64,000 bases of DNA from Candidatus Latescibacterota bacterium (lineage in GTDB: Bacteria > Latescibacterota > UBA2968 > UBA8231): NCBI GenBank assembly GCA_965203175.1, contig OZ241867.1:2016001-2080000 (forward strand). The letters run 5' to 3'. The position numbers and the translations under genes are program-made. Every line of letters begins with the position of its first letter. Position 1 is the first letter of the stretch. Shown one piece after another: positions 40,018 through 49,880 of the stretch. The notes beneath the pieces are model-generated. The model saw only the letters and a list, made by a program, of their open reading frames with translations. It was not told where the DNA came from and did not search any database.

Positions 40018-41370
40018 TCAAAACCGCAACGCAAACACCGTCCGCACGCCTGGTTCCGAACGGGCGGAGATGGACCCCCGGTGGAGCCGCATGATTTGGC
40101 GGCACAGGCTCAGCCCGATGCCGGAGCCGTCCGGCTTGGTCGTGAAAAAGGGAATGAAGACCTTGCCGAGTGCTTCTTCGACGATCCCTGGCCCATTGTC
40201 CGCGACCTCGACGACGACCTTGTCGTGCGCCAGATGAGCGGTCAAGTCAACGCGGGCTCCAGCGCGGCCAGCCGTGGCTTCGCGGGCATTGCTCAGTAGG
40301 TTGATGAGGATCTGCTCGACTTGCTCGGGGTCGGCGGTCAATTCGAGGCTGGGGGGATTGACCTCGGTGTGCAACTCGACTGCGGACTCGGTGAATTGGG
40401 ACCGCATTAGCTGCTCTACCCGAGCGAATAGACCGGCTGCCGGGACGATCTCAAAGGAGGGGGCTGGTACGCGGGTGAGGTCGCGGTAGGCTTCGACAAA
40501 GTGCAGCAGGCCCTCGCTGCGGCGCTGGATGGTGCTCACCGCAGTGCGGATGTCTTCGGTGCTCTCGGCATCGAGGGAATCGTCTTTTAGCATTCCGTCC
40601 GCGGTGGCGGCCAGCGAAGCAATGGGGGTGATGGAATTCATGATCTCGTGGGTGAGCACGCGGATCAGGTTTTGCCAAGCCTCCATTTCTTTTTCGTCGA
40701 GGTCGGGGCCAATGTCGTGGAGAGCTACTAGGGTGTTCTTGCGGTCGCCGATCTGGAATACCGAGGCGTGCAGGGCGAGTCGGACTTCCTCCAAACTCAC
40801 TAGGTCGCGGCCTTGAGGCCCGAGGCTTTGCAGGGTGGTGGTTAGGATGGGGTTGATTCGGTTGAGATCGGCAATGTGGCCCAAGCGGGGCACCCCCAAC
40901 AGGCGCTTGGCCGCGTTGTTGATCAGCGACACCTCGCCAGCGTTGTCGAAGACGATCAAGCCGACGCCAATGTGCTGCACCACGGTTTGCAGATAGCGCG
41001 CCTGTTCTTCCTTTTCGGCGCGCGCTTGGCGAAAGGCGTCGAGGACTTCGTTGAACGCGGTCTTGAGTTCGTCGAAAGAGGAGCCGAGGCCGCCGGTGAC
41101 AAAGGTCTGCGAGAAATCGGCGTAGCGGATGGCGTTCAAAAAGCGCGCTAGATCGCGGTTGGCGCGCTCGACGTAGTGAACGAGGGCGTAGAGTTGGTAG
41201 AGCAGGACGAAGCCGACGGCGATGGGGACGGCCAGATGATAGGTTCCTTTGGCTATTATATAGAACAGCAGCCACAGGGTGGCGCCGAAGAAGACGACGC
41301 GCAGCACGATCCGCGTGCGGAAGGCGCGGGCTCCTTGCGCCAAGCGATGCAGAACGTCCTTAAAGTCCAT
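40018..41370 (-). CDS. Sensor histidine kinase (NtrY-like)
   Basis: Two TM segments, PAS, THEIMNS H-box, DNGPGI, FFTTK..GSGIGL. Confidence 0.93.
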   Translation of the reverse strand: MDFKDVLHRLAQGARAFRTRIVLRVVFFGATLWLLFYIIAKGTYHLAVPIAVGFVLLYQLYALVHYVERANRDLARFLNAIRYADFSQTFVTGGLGSSFDELKTAFNEVLDAFRQARAEKEEQARYLQTVVQHIGVGLIVFDNAGEVSLINNAAKRLLGVPRLGHIADLNRINPILTTTLQSLGPQGRDLVSLEEVRLALHASVFQIGDRKNTLVALHDIGPDLDEKEMEAWQNLIRVLTHEIMNSITPIASLAATADGMLKDDSLDAESTEDIRTAVSTIQRRSEGLLHFVEAYRDLTRVPAPSFEIVPAAGLFARVEQLMRSQFTESAVELHTEVNPPSLELTADPEQVEQILINLLSNAREATAGRAGARVDLTAHLAHDKVVVEVADNGPGIVEEALGKVFIPFFTTKPDGSGIGLSLCRQIMRLHRGSISARSEPGVRTVFALRF

Positions 41371-42736
41371 ATTTCTCCATGCGGCGATAGAGGGCCGTGC
41401 GGGTCAAGCCGAGCTCCCGCGCGGTTTGGCTGACGTTGCCTTGGTGCTTGCGCAGCACCCGGGCGATGACCTCGCGTTCGACGTCTTCGAGGTTGTAGCT
41501 GTCAAAGGCGACGGACTCCTCCGGCGACGATGCCGCAGTCAAGGGGAAATCGTCTGCGGCTAGTCGGTCCCCTTCACTCATAATGACGGCGCGCTCCACC
41601 GCGTGCTGCAATTCCCGCACATTGCCCGGCCAAGCGTACGCACGCAAGTGGGCGAGCGCTTCGGCGGTCAGGCCGGTCAGCGCCTTGCGGTACTTGGTCC
41701 GGTACAGGTCGAGGAAGTGGCGGGCCAACAGCGCGATGTCCTCGGGGCGCTCGCGCAGGGGCGGTAGGTGGATTTCCACGGTGTTGATGCGGTAGAGCAG
41801 GTCCTGGCGGAAGGTGCCGGCGGTGGCCATTTCGTGGATGGGCTGGTTGGTGGCGCATATGAGGCGCACATCCACGGAGACGGGTTGGTTGGCACCGACG
41901 CGGACGATCTGCTGGTTTTGCAGGGCCGCGAGCAGCTTGACCTGCAAGGGCAGGGGCAGGTTGCCGATCTCGTCGAGGAACAGGGTGCCCCCGGAGGCGA
42001 TTTCAAAGCGGCCAGCGCGGTCGCTGCGGGCGTCAGTGAAGGCACCTTTGACGTGGCCGAAGAGTTCGCTCTCGAACAAGGTCTCGCTCAGGGACCCCAT
42101 ATCGACGGAGATGAAGACTTCGTCGGCGCGCGCCGAGCGGCGGTGAATCTCGCGCGCCACTAGTTCCTTGCCCGTGCCGTTTTCTCCGAGGATGAGGACG
42201 CTGGCGTCGGTGGCGGCTACCTTGGCCATTGTCTGAAATACTTCCTGTAGGACTGGGGCCTCGCCGATGAGATCGCCAAAGGGCTGGTCGAGATCCGCGG
42301 ACAGCCGCTGCTGGCGAGAGCGGAGGTGGTCGGTTTCCCGGCGCGAGCGATGCAATTCCACGGCCGCGGACACGGTGGCGAGCAGCTTCTCGTTCTGCCA
42401 GGGTTTGAGCACAAAATCGACGGCCCCCTCCTTGACGGCGCGCACGGCCATCTCGACGTCGCCGTACGCGGTGATCAGCAAGACAGCGACGGTCGGGTCT
42501 AGGTCGCTGATTTGTTGGAGCCAGTAGAAGCCCTCCCGGCCGCTGGTCGCCTCCTGCGTGAAGTTCATGTCGAGGAGGACGACGGCTGGCGACTCCTGTT
42601 TGAGGGCACTCGGAATGGCCTGGGGATCGGTCTCGGTGCGGACTTGGTAGCCCTGCTGCTTGAGGAGCAAGCGGGCGGCGACGAGCACGTCTTGATTGTC
42701 GTCCACGACGAGGATGCGGGCGGCTTCAACAGACAT
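41360..42736 (-). CDS. sigma54-dependent NtrC-family response regulator
   Basis: REC domain, GENGTGKE, ESELFGHVKGAFTDA, WPGNVRELQH, Fis-type HTH. Confidence 0.95.
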   Translation of the reverse strand: MSVEAARILVVDDNQDVLVAARLLLKQQGYQVRTETDPQAIPSALKQESPAVVLLDMNFTQEATSGREGFYWLQQISDLDPTVAVLLITAYGDVEMAVRAVKEGAVDFVLKPWQNEKLLATVSAAVELHRSRRETDHLRSRQQRLSADLDQPFGDLIGEAPVLQEVFQTMAKVAATDASVLILGENGTGKELVAREIHRRSARADEVFISVDMGSLSETLFESELFGHVKGAFTDARSDRAGRFEIASGGTLFLDEIGNLPLPLQVKLLAALQNQQIVRVGANQPVSVDVRLICATNQPIHEMATAGTFRQDLLYRINTVEIHLPPLRERPEDIALLARHFLDLYRTKYRKALTGLTAEALAHLRAYAWPGNVRELQHAVERAVIMSEGDRLAADDFPLTAASSPEESVAFDSYNLEDVEREVIARVLRKHQGNVSQTARELGLTRTALYRRMEKYGL

Positions 42737-42751
42737 GGGATATGCTCCCTA

Positions 42752-42871
42752 GTGTACGCCAGCGGACAGTAGGTGTATCACCAGCGGACAGTGGCGCTGG
42801 GGCGGGCAAGGAGGCGATTCGACTCATCTTCTTTTTTATCAAGGGGTTAGGAATATGGCATGTATCTTGCT
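42752..42871 (+). promoter_or_regulatory. sigma54 promoter with tandem enhancer sites and an IHF site
   Basis: Direct repeats CCAGCGGACAGT inside TGT-N10/11-ACA (~42753-42792); IHF consensus TATCAAGGGGTTA 42837-42849; TGGCA-tgtatc-TTGC (-24/-12) 42856-42870. Confidence 0.85.
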
Positions 42872-42914
42872 ATCTCTGGAGAAAAGGCTGCGACAAGATA
42901 AGGTAGCAAATGCT

Positions 42915-44264
42915 ATGCCCGCAAATATTCGACTTTTCTCGAAAAAAGACCCCACTCCCGAGCCGAGCCCCGGTAGCACCCGCCTCGGCGGCGGCGTTGG
43001 CATGGATCGCAAAATCGAAAAGCCTCGGTTCACGCCCAAGCGCATCGCGCTAGGCGCGGCTGCTTTGCTGTTGGCCGGGCTATTCGGGTACGTCCTGCTC
43101 GTGGATTTCGGGGTGCGCAAGCTGAATGTGGAGCGCGAGCGGCTGACGATCTCGACGGTCGAGTTCGGCCCGTTTCAGGAATACATCCCAGTGCGCGGCA
43201 CGGTGCTGCCGCTGCACACCGTGTATCTCGACGCCTTGGAGCGCGGTCAAGTGGAGCAGGTGTTCGTCGAAGAGGGTGCCTCGGTGGCCGAGGGCGATCC
43301 ACTGCTGCGCCTTGCCAACCCCGATCTAGAATTGACCGTCCTGCAACAGGAAGCCGACCTCGAGCGCAGCCGGGAGGCGTTGCGCAATGGCCGGCTGACC
43401 ATGGAGCAGGAACTGCTGCGCTCGCGGAAATCACTGATGGAGATCGAGTACCAGCTAGCCATCAACAAGCGCAACTTCGAGCGCTACGAGAGCCTGTCGG
43501 CGGAAGATTTGACGGCCATCCTATCGCGGCAGGAGTACGAGAAGCTGCGCGACGAGTACCAGTACAGCGTCCGCCGCATGGCCCTGACGCGGGAGACCCA
43601 GACCCAGGACTCGCTGCTGTCGGCGAGCAAGGTGGTACAGCTCGTCTCGGCCGTGGAGCGCATGGAACGCAACCTCGAAATCGTCCGTCGTAGGCTCGAC
43701 AATCTGACGGTGCGAGCCCCTGTGTCCGGGCAGTTAACCCTGCTGGCGGCGGAGGTCGGCGAGAGCAAGGGGACGGGTGCGCGCTTGGGCAAGATCGACA
43801 TGATTGACGGTTTCAAGGTGCGCGCCGCTATTGACGAGCACTACATCGGCCGCGTGGGCCGGGGGCAGCGCGGCCAGTTCGACAGCGACGACGAGTCATA
43901 CAGCTTGATGATCCGCAAGGTCTATCCAGAGGTAAGGGAAGGCCGCTTTGAGGTCGATCTGGTGTTTGAAGGAGAAGCACCCGAGGGCATCCGGCGCGGC
44001 CAGACTCTGCACATTCGCCTTGAGTTGGGCGATCTGGATGAAGCAGTGCAAGTGGCAAGGGGTGGATTCTATCAGGCGACCGGGGGCCACTGGGCCTATG
44101 TGCTCGACGCTGCTGGCGACCGGGCCACGCGGCGCTCTATCGCCCTGGGACGCCAGAACCCCCGGGTGTACGAAGTGCTGGAGGGGCTTGAGCCGGGAGA
44201 GCAGGTGATTACTTCGAGCTATGAGACTTTTGGCGAAGACATGGACGTGTTGGTGTTGCGCTAG
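42915..44264 (+). CDS. Efflux periplasmic adaptor (MacA/HlyD-like)
   Basis: Single TM, lipoyl-like halves, coiled coil, LEGLEPGEQVITS. Alternative start at 43002 (MDRKIEK). Confidence 0.9.
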   Translation: MPANIRLFSKKDPTPEPSPGSTRLGGGVGMDRKIEKPRFTPKRIALGAAALLLAGLFGYVLLVDFGVRKLNVERERLTISTVEFGPFQEYIPVRGTVLPLHTVYLDALERGQVEQVFVEEGASVAEGDPLLRLANPDLELTVLQQEADLERSREALRNGRLTMEQELLRSRKSLMEIEYQLAINKRNFERYESLSAEDLTAILSRQEYEKLRDEYQYSVRRMALTRETQTQDSLLSASKVVQLVSAVERMERNLEIVRRRLDNLTVRAPVSGQLTLLAAEVGESKGTGARLGKIDMIDGFKVRAAIDEHYIGRVGRGQRGQFDSDDESYSLMIRKVYPEVREGRFEVDLVFEGEAPEGIRRGQTLHIRLELGDLDEAVQVARGGFYQATGGHWAYVLDAAGDRATRRSIALGRQNPRVYEVLEGLEPGEQVITSSYETFGEDMDVLVLR

Positions 44265-44290
44265 CAACGCCCTAACCAAGGAGAAAAAAC

Positions 44291-45025
44291 ATGACTGAGC
44301 AGACAGCAAACGCTGAAAACGGCCGCGCGCCCCTGATCCGCACTGTCGGGCTGCGCAAGCTATACACGACCGAGGAGGTGGAGACGACCGCCTTGGACAA
44401 CGTGAACCTCGAAATCGCCGAAGGCGAATTTGCCGCCATTATGGGGCCGTCGGGCTGCGGCAAGTCAACGCTGCTCAATCTGCTCGGCCTGCTCGACAAC
44501 CCAACCGAGGGGGAATACTGGCTGCTGGACGAGGAGGTAGCGACCTACTCGGAGCGCCTGCGGGCGAATCTGCGCAAGGGGACGATCGGTTTTGTCTTTC
44601 AGTCGTTCAACTTGATCAACGAATTGACCGTCCACGAGAACGTCGAGCTGCCCCTGCTCTACATGGGTATGCCAGCTACGGAGCGCAAGCAACGGGTGCG
44701 GTTGATCCTCGACCACATGCAGATCACCCACCGCGAGAAGCACTTTCCGCTCCAGCTTTCCGGCGGCCAGCAGCAGCGCGTGGCCGTAGCGCGGGCTTTG
44801 GTCGCGGAACCGAAGCTGGTGCTGGCGGATGAGCCGACGGGCAATCTCGACTCGCGCCACGGCGACGAGGTCATGGAGATGCTCACCGAGATGAACCGGA
44901 ATGGCACGACCGTGGTGATGGTGACGCACTCGCCGGCCTACGCCGACTTTGCGCACCGAATCATTCACTTGTTCGACGGCAGGATCGTGAGCGAGAACAT
45001 CGAGCGGGATCAGGAAGCGTCGTAA
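44291..45025 (+). CDS. ABC transporter ATP-binding protein (MacB/LolD-like)
   Basis: [32 protein letters not shown]. Confidence 0.95.
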   Translation: MTEQTANAENGRAPLIRTVGLRKLYTTEEVETTALDNVNLEIAEGEFAAIMGPSGCGKSTLLNLLGLLDNPTEGEYWLLDEEVATYSERLRANLRKGTIGFVFQSFNLINELTVHENVELPLLYMGMPATERKQRVRLILDHMQITHREKHFPLQLSGGQQQRVAVARALVAEPKLVLADEPTGNLDSRHGDEVMEMLTEMNRNGTTVVMVTHSPAYADFAHRIIHLFDGRIVSENIERDQEAS

Positions 45026-45066
45026 GCGGCGGACTAGGGCGCACTACGACACGAAAGGAACTTATC

Positions 45067-47463
45067 ATGCTGGGCAACTACCTGACGACGGCGCTGCGGC
45101 TTCTGTGGCGGGAGCGCGGCTATGCGGCGATCAACATTTTCGGCTTGGCCATTGGCTTTGCCCTGTGCCTGCTGATCGTCCAGTTCTCTGCTTATCAGCT
45201 CGCGGTTGGCGACTTCCACGAAAAAAAAGACCGGGTTTATCGCGTTCTGGGACCCTCCTTCTGGGGTGAGGCCCAGTACTCGGGAGGTTTGCCAATACCG
45301 CTAGGCCCGACCCTCAAGGAGCAACTTCCCGAGGTCGAGGAGGCGGTCCGCTTCAGCGGGGCTAGGCCGAGTTTGCTGCGGGTCGGGGCCAAGGACGGGA
45401 TCTCCGAGGAAGTGCTGACCGCGGAAGCCGGCGTTTTCGACGTATTCAGCTTGCCGCTCCTACGCGGCGACCCCAAGACGGCCTTGGCGCGCCCCTACAC
45501 CATGGTACTGACCGAGCCGTTGGCCCGTCGGCTGTTCGGCGAGGGCGATCCCATCGGACAGGTCGTCCGCTACGAAGAAAAATTTGATTGCGAGGTCACT
45601 GGCATCGTCGGCCAGCCGCCCACCAGCTCGTTGCTCCAGTTCTCGGCACTGCTCTCTTTTGCCACAGAGTACAAGGAGAGTCCGGGAATGATGGCGTCTG
45701 GTTGGAACGCTTCAGCCTTCACGACCTTCGTGCAGCTAACGCCGGGTGCCGACCCGGCTGCGGTAGCCGGGCGCATCCCCAGTATTGTCGAGGCGAACAC
45801 GGGGATGTCAAGCGCTGATAGGGCCGAGGCGATCACAGGATCGCGAGAGACTGCCGGTTCCTACGCGCTACAACCCCTGAAATCGATCTACTTCGACACC
45901 GAGGTGTCCAGCAATATCGGCCCGAGTGGCAACCCTCTCTACTTGGCGCTGTGCGCCATCTTAGCAGCAGTGATTCTGACGATCGCCGGTGTCAACTACG
46001 TGAACTTGGCGACGGCGCGAGCCGGGCGGCGGACCCACGAGATCGGCGTGCGCAAGACTCTCGGTGCTCATCGCGGTCAACTCATTGGCCAACTCCTGAG
46101 CGAGTCCGTGCTGTTGAGTACTGTAGCGACGGTCTTAGGCGTTGCCATGGCCGAGGGTGTGATTCTGCTCCTGCCCGTGATTACGGGATTCGATTTTGAA
46201 TTGTCCTTCCTGCGCTGGACCCTCCCGGCCTGCGCTGGGGCCGCAGTGCTGGCGGTAGGGGTCGGATTGGCCGCGGGTGCGTACCCAGCGTGGGTCGTGG
46301 CGCGCTTTCAGCCGGCGACCGCGGTGCGCGGGGACCGCGTGGGCGGTGCGCGTCTGCGCCGGGGTTTAGTGGTGGCGCAGTTTACGGTTACGGCGGCCTT
46401 GATGACCATGACGCTGCTGATATGGCACCAAGTCGATTACGTCCAGAATCTCCTCCGCGAGGAGTCCGCCTTGGGGTTTGAGCCGGAACAGGTAGTGGTG
46501 ATCAGAAATAGCGCTTTGAGCATAGATCGCGCCCGAATCTTTAAGGCAGAGCTGCTTCAGGACAGCCGCATTGCCGCGGTGAGCCTTGCTGCGACAGTAC
46601 CTGGTGAAGGTTCGCGGACGAGCTACAGTGTCAATCCAGAGGGCGTGGAAGAGCAAGTAATGATGAGAACTTATGACGTGGATGGCGACTTCGTCGAAAT
46701 CCTAGGCTTGCGCATGGCCGAAGGACGCAATTTTACCGACGAAGCGACCCACGCAACTGTCATCAACGAGACCGCGATGCGGATGTTGGGGTGGACCAAG
46801 CCGCTGGGCAAGAGGATCAAAGTCGGCGGTCGGGATCGGCGCGTCGTGGGCGTGATTGAGGACTTCCACTTCGACGGTCCGCACCGCAAGATAGAGCCAC
46901 TGATCATAACGCCGGTCACTCACTGGCCGAGCCTCATTATCGTGCGGGTGCAACCTGGGCATCTCGATGCGGCCCGCAAAATGATTGACGACAAGTGGGC
47001 CGCCGTTGAGCCCTACCGCCCCATCCAGCGCAATTCCCTCGAAGAGGTCTTCACTGGGCTTTACTTCGAAGAGCTGTTGATGGGCCGTGCCCTCACGTTC
47101 TTCCTCGTTTTATCGCTCGTCGTCGCCTCGGTGGGACTCTTCGGCATGGCCGCACACGCCGCCCAAGAGCGCACCAAGGAGATCGGCATTCGCAAGGTGT
47201 TCGGCGCTTCTCCCAGCGGCCTCACCACTATGCTGCTGCGCGACTTCGCCAAACCCGTTGCCATCGCCTTCCTGCTCAGCGTGCCGATCGCCTACTGGTT
47301 GGCTAACCAGTGGCTGCAAGACTATGCCTATCACGTGGAAGTCGGCGTGGGCCTGTTCTTGGTGTCGGGAGCCTTGTCCTTCGCCATCGCCGGGTTGACG
47401 GTGGGGCACCAAGCGATGCGAGCGGCGCTGACCAATCCGATAGAGACGCTGCACACCGAGTAG
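45067..47463 (+). CDS. ABC permease, duplicated MacB_PCD/FtsX type (paralogue A1)
   Basis: INIFGLAIG, NYVNLATARA..R..EIGVRK, RTKEIGIRKVFGA, NPIETL. Confidence 0.93.
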   Translation: MLGNYLTTALRLLWRERGYAAINIFGLAIGFALCLLIVQFSAYQLAVGDFHEKKDRVYRVLGPSFWGEAQYSGGLPIPLGPTLKEQLPEVEEAVRFSGARPSLLRVGAKDGISEEVLTAEAGVFDVFSLPLLRGDPKTALARPYTMVLTEPLARRLFGEGDPIGQVVRYEEKFDCEVTGIVGQPPTSSLLQFSALLSFATEYKESPGMMASGWNASAFTTFVQLTPGADPAAVAGRIPSIVEANTGMSSADRAEAITGSRETAGSYALQPLKSIYFDTEVSSNIGPSGNPLYLALCAILAAVILTIAGVNYVNLATARAGRRTHEIGVRKTLGAHRGQLIGQLLSESVLLSTVATVLGVAMAEGVILLLPVITGFDFELSFLRWTLPACAGAAVLAVGVGLAAGAYPAWVVARFQPATAVRGDRVGGARLRRGLVVAQFTVTAALMTMTLLIWHQVDYVQNLLREESALGFEPEQVVVIRNSALSIDRARIFKAELLQDSRIAAVSLAATVPGEGSRTSYSVNPEGVEEQVMMRTYDVDGDFVEILGLRMAEGRNFTDEATHATVINETAMRMLGWTKPLGKRIKVGGRDRRVVGVIEDFHFDGPHRKIEPLIITPVTHWPSLIIVRVQPGHLDAARKMIDDKWAAVEPYRPIQRNSLEEVFTGLYFEELLMGRALTFFLVLSLVVASVGLFGMAAHAAQERTKEIGIRKVFGASPSGLTTMLLRDFAKPVAIAFLLSVPIAYWLANQWLQDYAYHVEVGVGLFLVSGALSFAIAGLTVGHQAMRAALTNPIETLHTE

Positions 47464-47482
47464 CGATGCGAAAGGAACTATC

Positions 47483-49846
47483 ATGCTGGGCAATTATCTG
47501 ACAACGGCGCTGCGCCTCTTGTGGCGGGAGCGCGGCTACGCGGCGATCAACATCTTCGGCTTGGCGGTTGGCTTTGCCCTGTGCCTGCTGATCATTCAGC
47601 TCGCCGACTATCAGCTCGCCATTGGCGATTTTCACGAGAAAAAAGACCGGGTTTACCGCGTGCTTGGGAAGTCATCATCCGGGTACGAGGGAGCGTTGCC
47701 TGTAGAGCTGGGGCCGACCCTCAAGGAGCAATTGCCCGAAGTTGAGGAGGCGGTCCGCTTCAGACCAGGTGGGCGGGGACTGCTTCGGGTCGAGGCCAAG
47801 GACGCGATCTACGAACAGGTTATGCTGGCGGAAGCCGGCGTTTTCGACATGTTCAGCTTGCGGCTCCTACGCGGAGATCCGAAGACGGCCCTGTCGCGTC
47901 CCTACACCATAGTGCTGACCGAGCCGTTGGCCCGTCGGCTGTTCGGAGATAACGATCCCATCGGACAGGTCATCCGCTACGAGGAAGACTTCGATTGCGA
48001 GGTCACCGGCATTGTCGGTCAGCCGCCCTCTAGTTCATTGCTCCAGGTCTCGGCGCTGGTCTCTTTCGCCACGATGTACGAGGAGAGTCGGAGGATGATG
48101 GAATCGAAGCACGTTAGGTCCTTCAGGACCTTCGTGCAGCTAACGCCCGGTGCCGACGCGGCTGTGGTGGCCACGCGCATCCCCGGCATTGCTGAGGAAC
48201 TTACGGGCTTACAAGAGGAAGCCGATTCCTACGCACTGCAACCTCTGAAAGCAATCTACTTCGACACGGAGGTGTCCAGCTACCTCGGCCCGAGAGGCAA
48301 CCTCTTCTACTTGACGCTATGCGCCATCTTGGCGGTGGTGGTCCTGACGATCGCTGGGGTCAACTACGTGAACTTGGCGACGGCGCGGGCGGAGCGCCGA
48401 ACCCACGAGATCGGCGTGCGCAAGGCCCTCGGCGCTCATCGCGGCCAGCTCATTCGCCAGCTCCTGAGCGAGTCGATTCTGCTGAGCGTTGGGGCGACGG
48501 TGCTAGGCGCGGTTTTAACAGAGGTTTTGATTGTGCTCATACCCATCATTACGGGATCCGATTTCCAGTTGCCCTACTTGCACTGGACGCTGTCGACCTG
48601 CGCTGGGGCTGCGGCGCTGGCGGTAGGGGTTGGACTGGCTGCGGGTATGTACCCGGCGTGGGTGGTGGCGCGCTTTCAGCCGGCGACTGCGGTGCACGGG
48701 GGCCGCGTGGGTGGTGCGCTTCTGCGTCGAGGCTTAGTAGTAGCGCAGTTTACGGTCACGGCGGCGTTGATGACGATGACGCTGCTGATATGGCACCAAC
48801 TCGACTACTTCCAAAACCTCCTTCGCGAGGACTCCGTCTTGGGGTTTGAGCTAGAACAGGTTGTCGTCGTCCACAACCGCGGCCTGACCATGGATCAAGC
48901 CCGAGTCTTCAAGACGGAGCTTCTGCAGGACAGCCGCATCGCCGCAGTGAGTCTCTCTTCTACAGTACCTGGTAAGGGTTCGCGGGCGACGTACGGTGTC
49001 AAGCCGGAGGGCGTGGAAGGGGAAGTAGGAATAAGAGTGTATCAAGTAGATGGTGACTTTGTCGAAATCATGGGATTGCGCATGAGCGAGGGACGTGCCT
49101 TTACCGACGAACCGGCCGACGCCCAAGCGATCATCATCAACGAGGCCGCCGCGAAGAGGATAGGATGGACAGAGCCGTTGGGCAAAACGATTTTCGGCTT
49201 CCAGGGCCGAGACCGGCGCGTCGTCGGCGTGATTGAGGACTTTCACTTCGACGGCCCGCACAGCAAGATAGAGCCACTGCTCATGGCACCGTTTGGTCAA
49301 TGGGCGTGGGCGGGAACCATTATCGTGCGGATGCAACCCGGGCATCTCGACGCAGCCCTCAAAGTGATCGACGACAAGTGGGCTGCTGTCTCACCCTATC
49401 GCCCCATCCAGCGCAATCCTCTCGAAGAAGTCTTCGCCGGACTCTATTCCGATGAGCTGCTGATGGGACGTGCGCTCACTTTCTTTCTCTTTTTAGCCAT
49501 CGCCGTCGCCTCGGTGGGGCTTTTCGGCATGGCCGCACACGCCGCCCAAGAGCGCACCAAGGAGATCGGCATCCGCAAGGTATTCGGGGCGTCCCCTGGC
49601 GGCCTCACCACTATGCTGCTGCGGGACTTTGCCAAACCTGTTGCCATTGCTTTTCTGCTCAGTGTGCCGATCGCCTATGGCTTGGCCAATCACTGGTTAC
49701 AGGAGTTTGCTTATCGCGCGGAAATCGGCGTGGGCCTGTTCCTGGTGTCGGGCGCTTTGTCCTTCGCCATCGCCGGGCTAACGGTGGGGCACCAAGCGAT
49801 GCGGGCGGCGCTGACCAATCCGATAGAGACGCTGCACACTGAATAA
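47483..49846 (+). CDS. ABC permease paralogue A2
   Basis: Same motifs and high nucleotide similarity to A1. Confidence 0.93.
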   Translation: MLGNYLTTALRLLWRERGYAAINIFGLAVGFALCLLIIQLADYQLAIGDFHEKKDRVYRVLGKSSSGYEGALPVELGPTLKEQLPEVEEAVRFRPGGRGLLRVEAKDAIYEQVMLAEAGVFDMFSLRLLRGDPKTALSRPYTIVLTEPLARRLFGDNDPIGQVIRYEEDFDCEVTGIVGQPPSSSLLQVSALVSFATMYEESRRMMESKHVRSFRTFVQLTPGADAAVVATRIPGIAEELTGLQEEADSYALQPLKAIYFDTEVSSYLGPRGNLFYLTLCAILAVVVLTIAGVNYVNLATARAERRTHEIGVRKALGAHRGQLIRQLLSESILLSVGATVLGAVLTEVLIVLIPIITGSDFQLPYLHWTLSTCAGAAALAVGVGLAAGMYPAWVVARFQPATAVHGGRVGGALLRRGLVVAQFTVTAALMTMTLLIWHQLDYFQNLLREDSVLGFELEQVVVVHNRGLTMDQARVFKTELLQDSRIAAVSLSSTVPGKGSRATYGVKPEGVEGEVGIRVYQVDGDFVEIMGLRMSEGRAFTDEPADAQAIIINEAAAKRIGWTEPLGKTIFGFQGRDRRVVGVIEDFHFDGPHSKIEPLLMAPFGQWAWAGTIIVRMQPGHLDAALKVIDDKWAAVSPYRPIQRNPLEEVFAGLYSDELLMGRALTFFLFLAIAVASVGLFGMAAHAAQERTKEIGIRKVFGASPGGLTTMLLRDFAKPVAIAFLLSVPIAYGLANHWLQEFAYRAEIGVGLFLVSGALSFAIAGLTVGHQAMRAALTNPIETLHTE

Positions 49847-49880
49847 CCAGCACACCCATTACGTGAGAGGAGACGCCATT

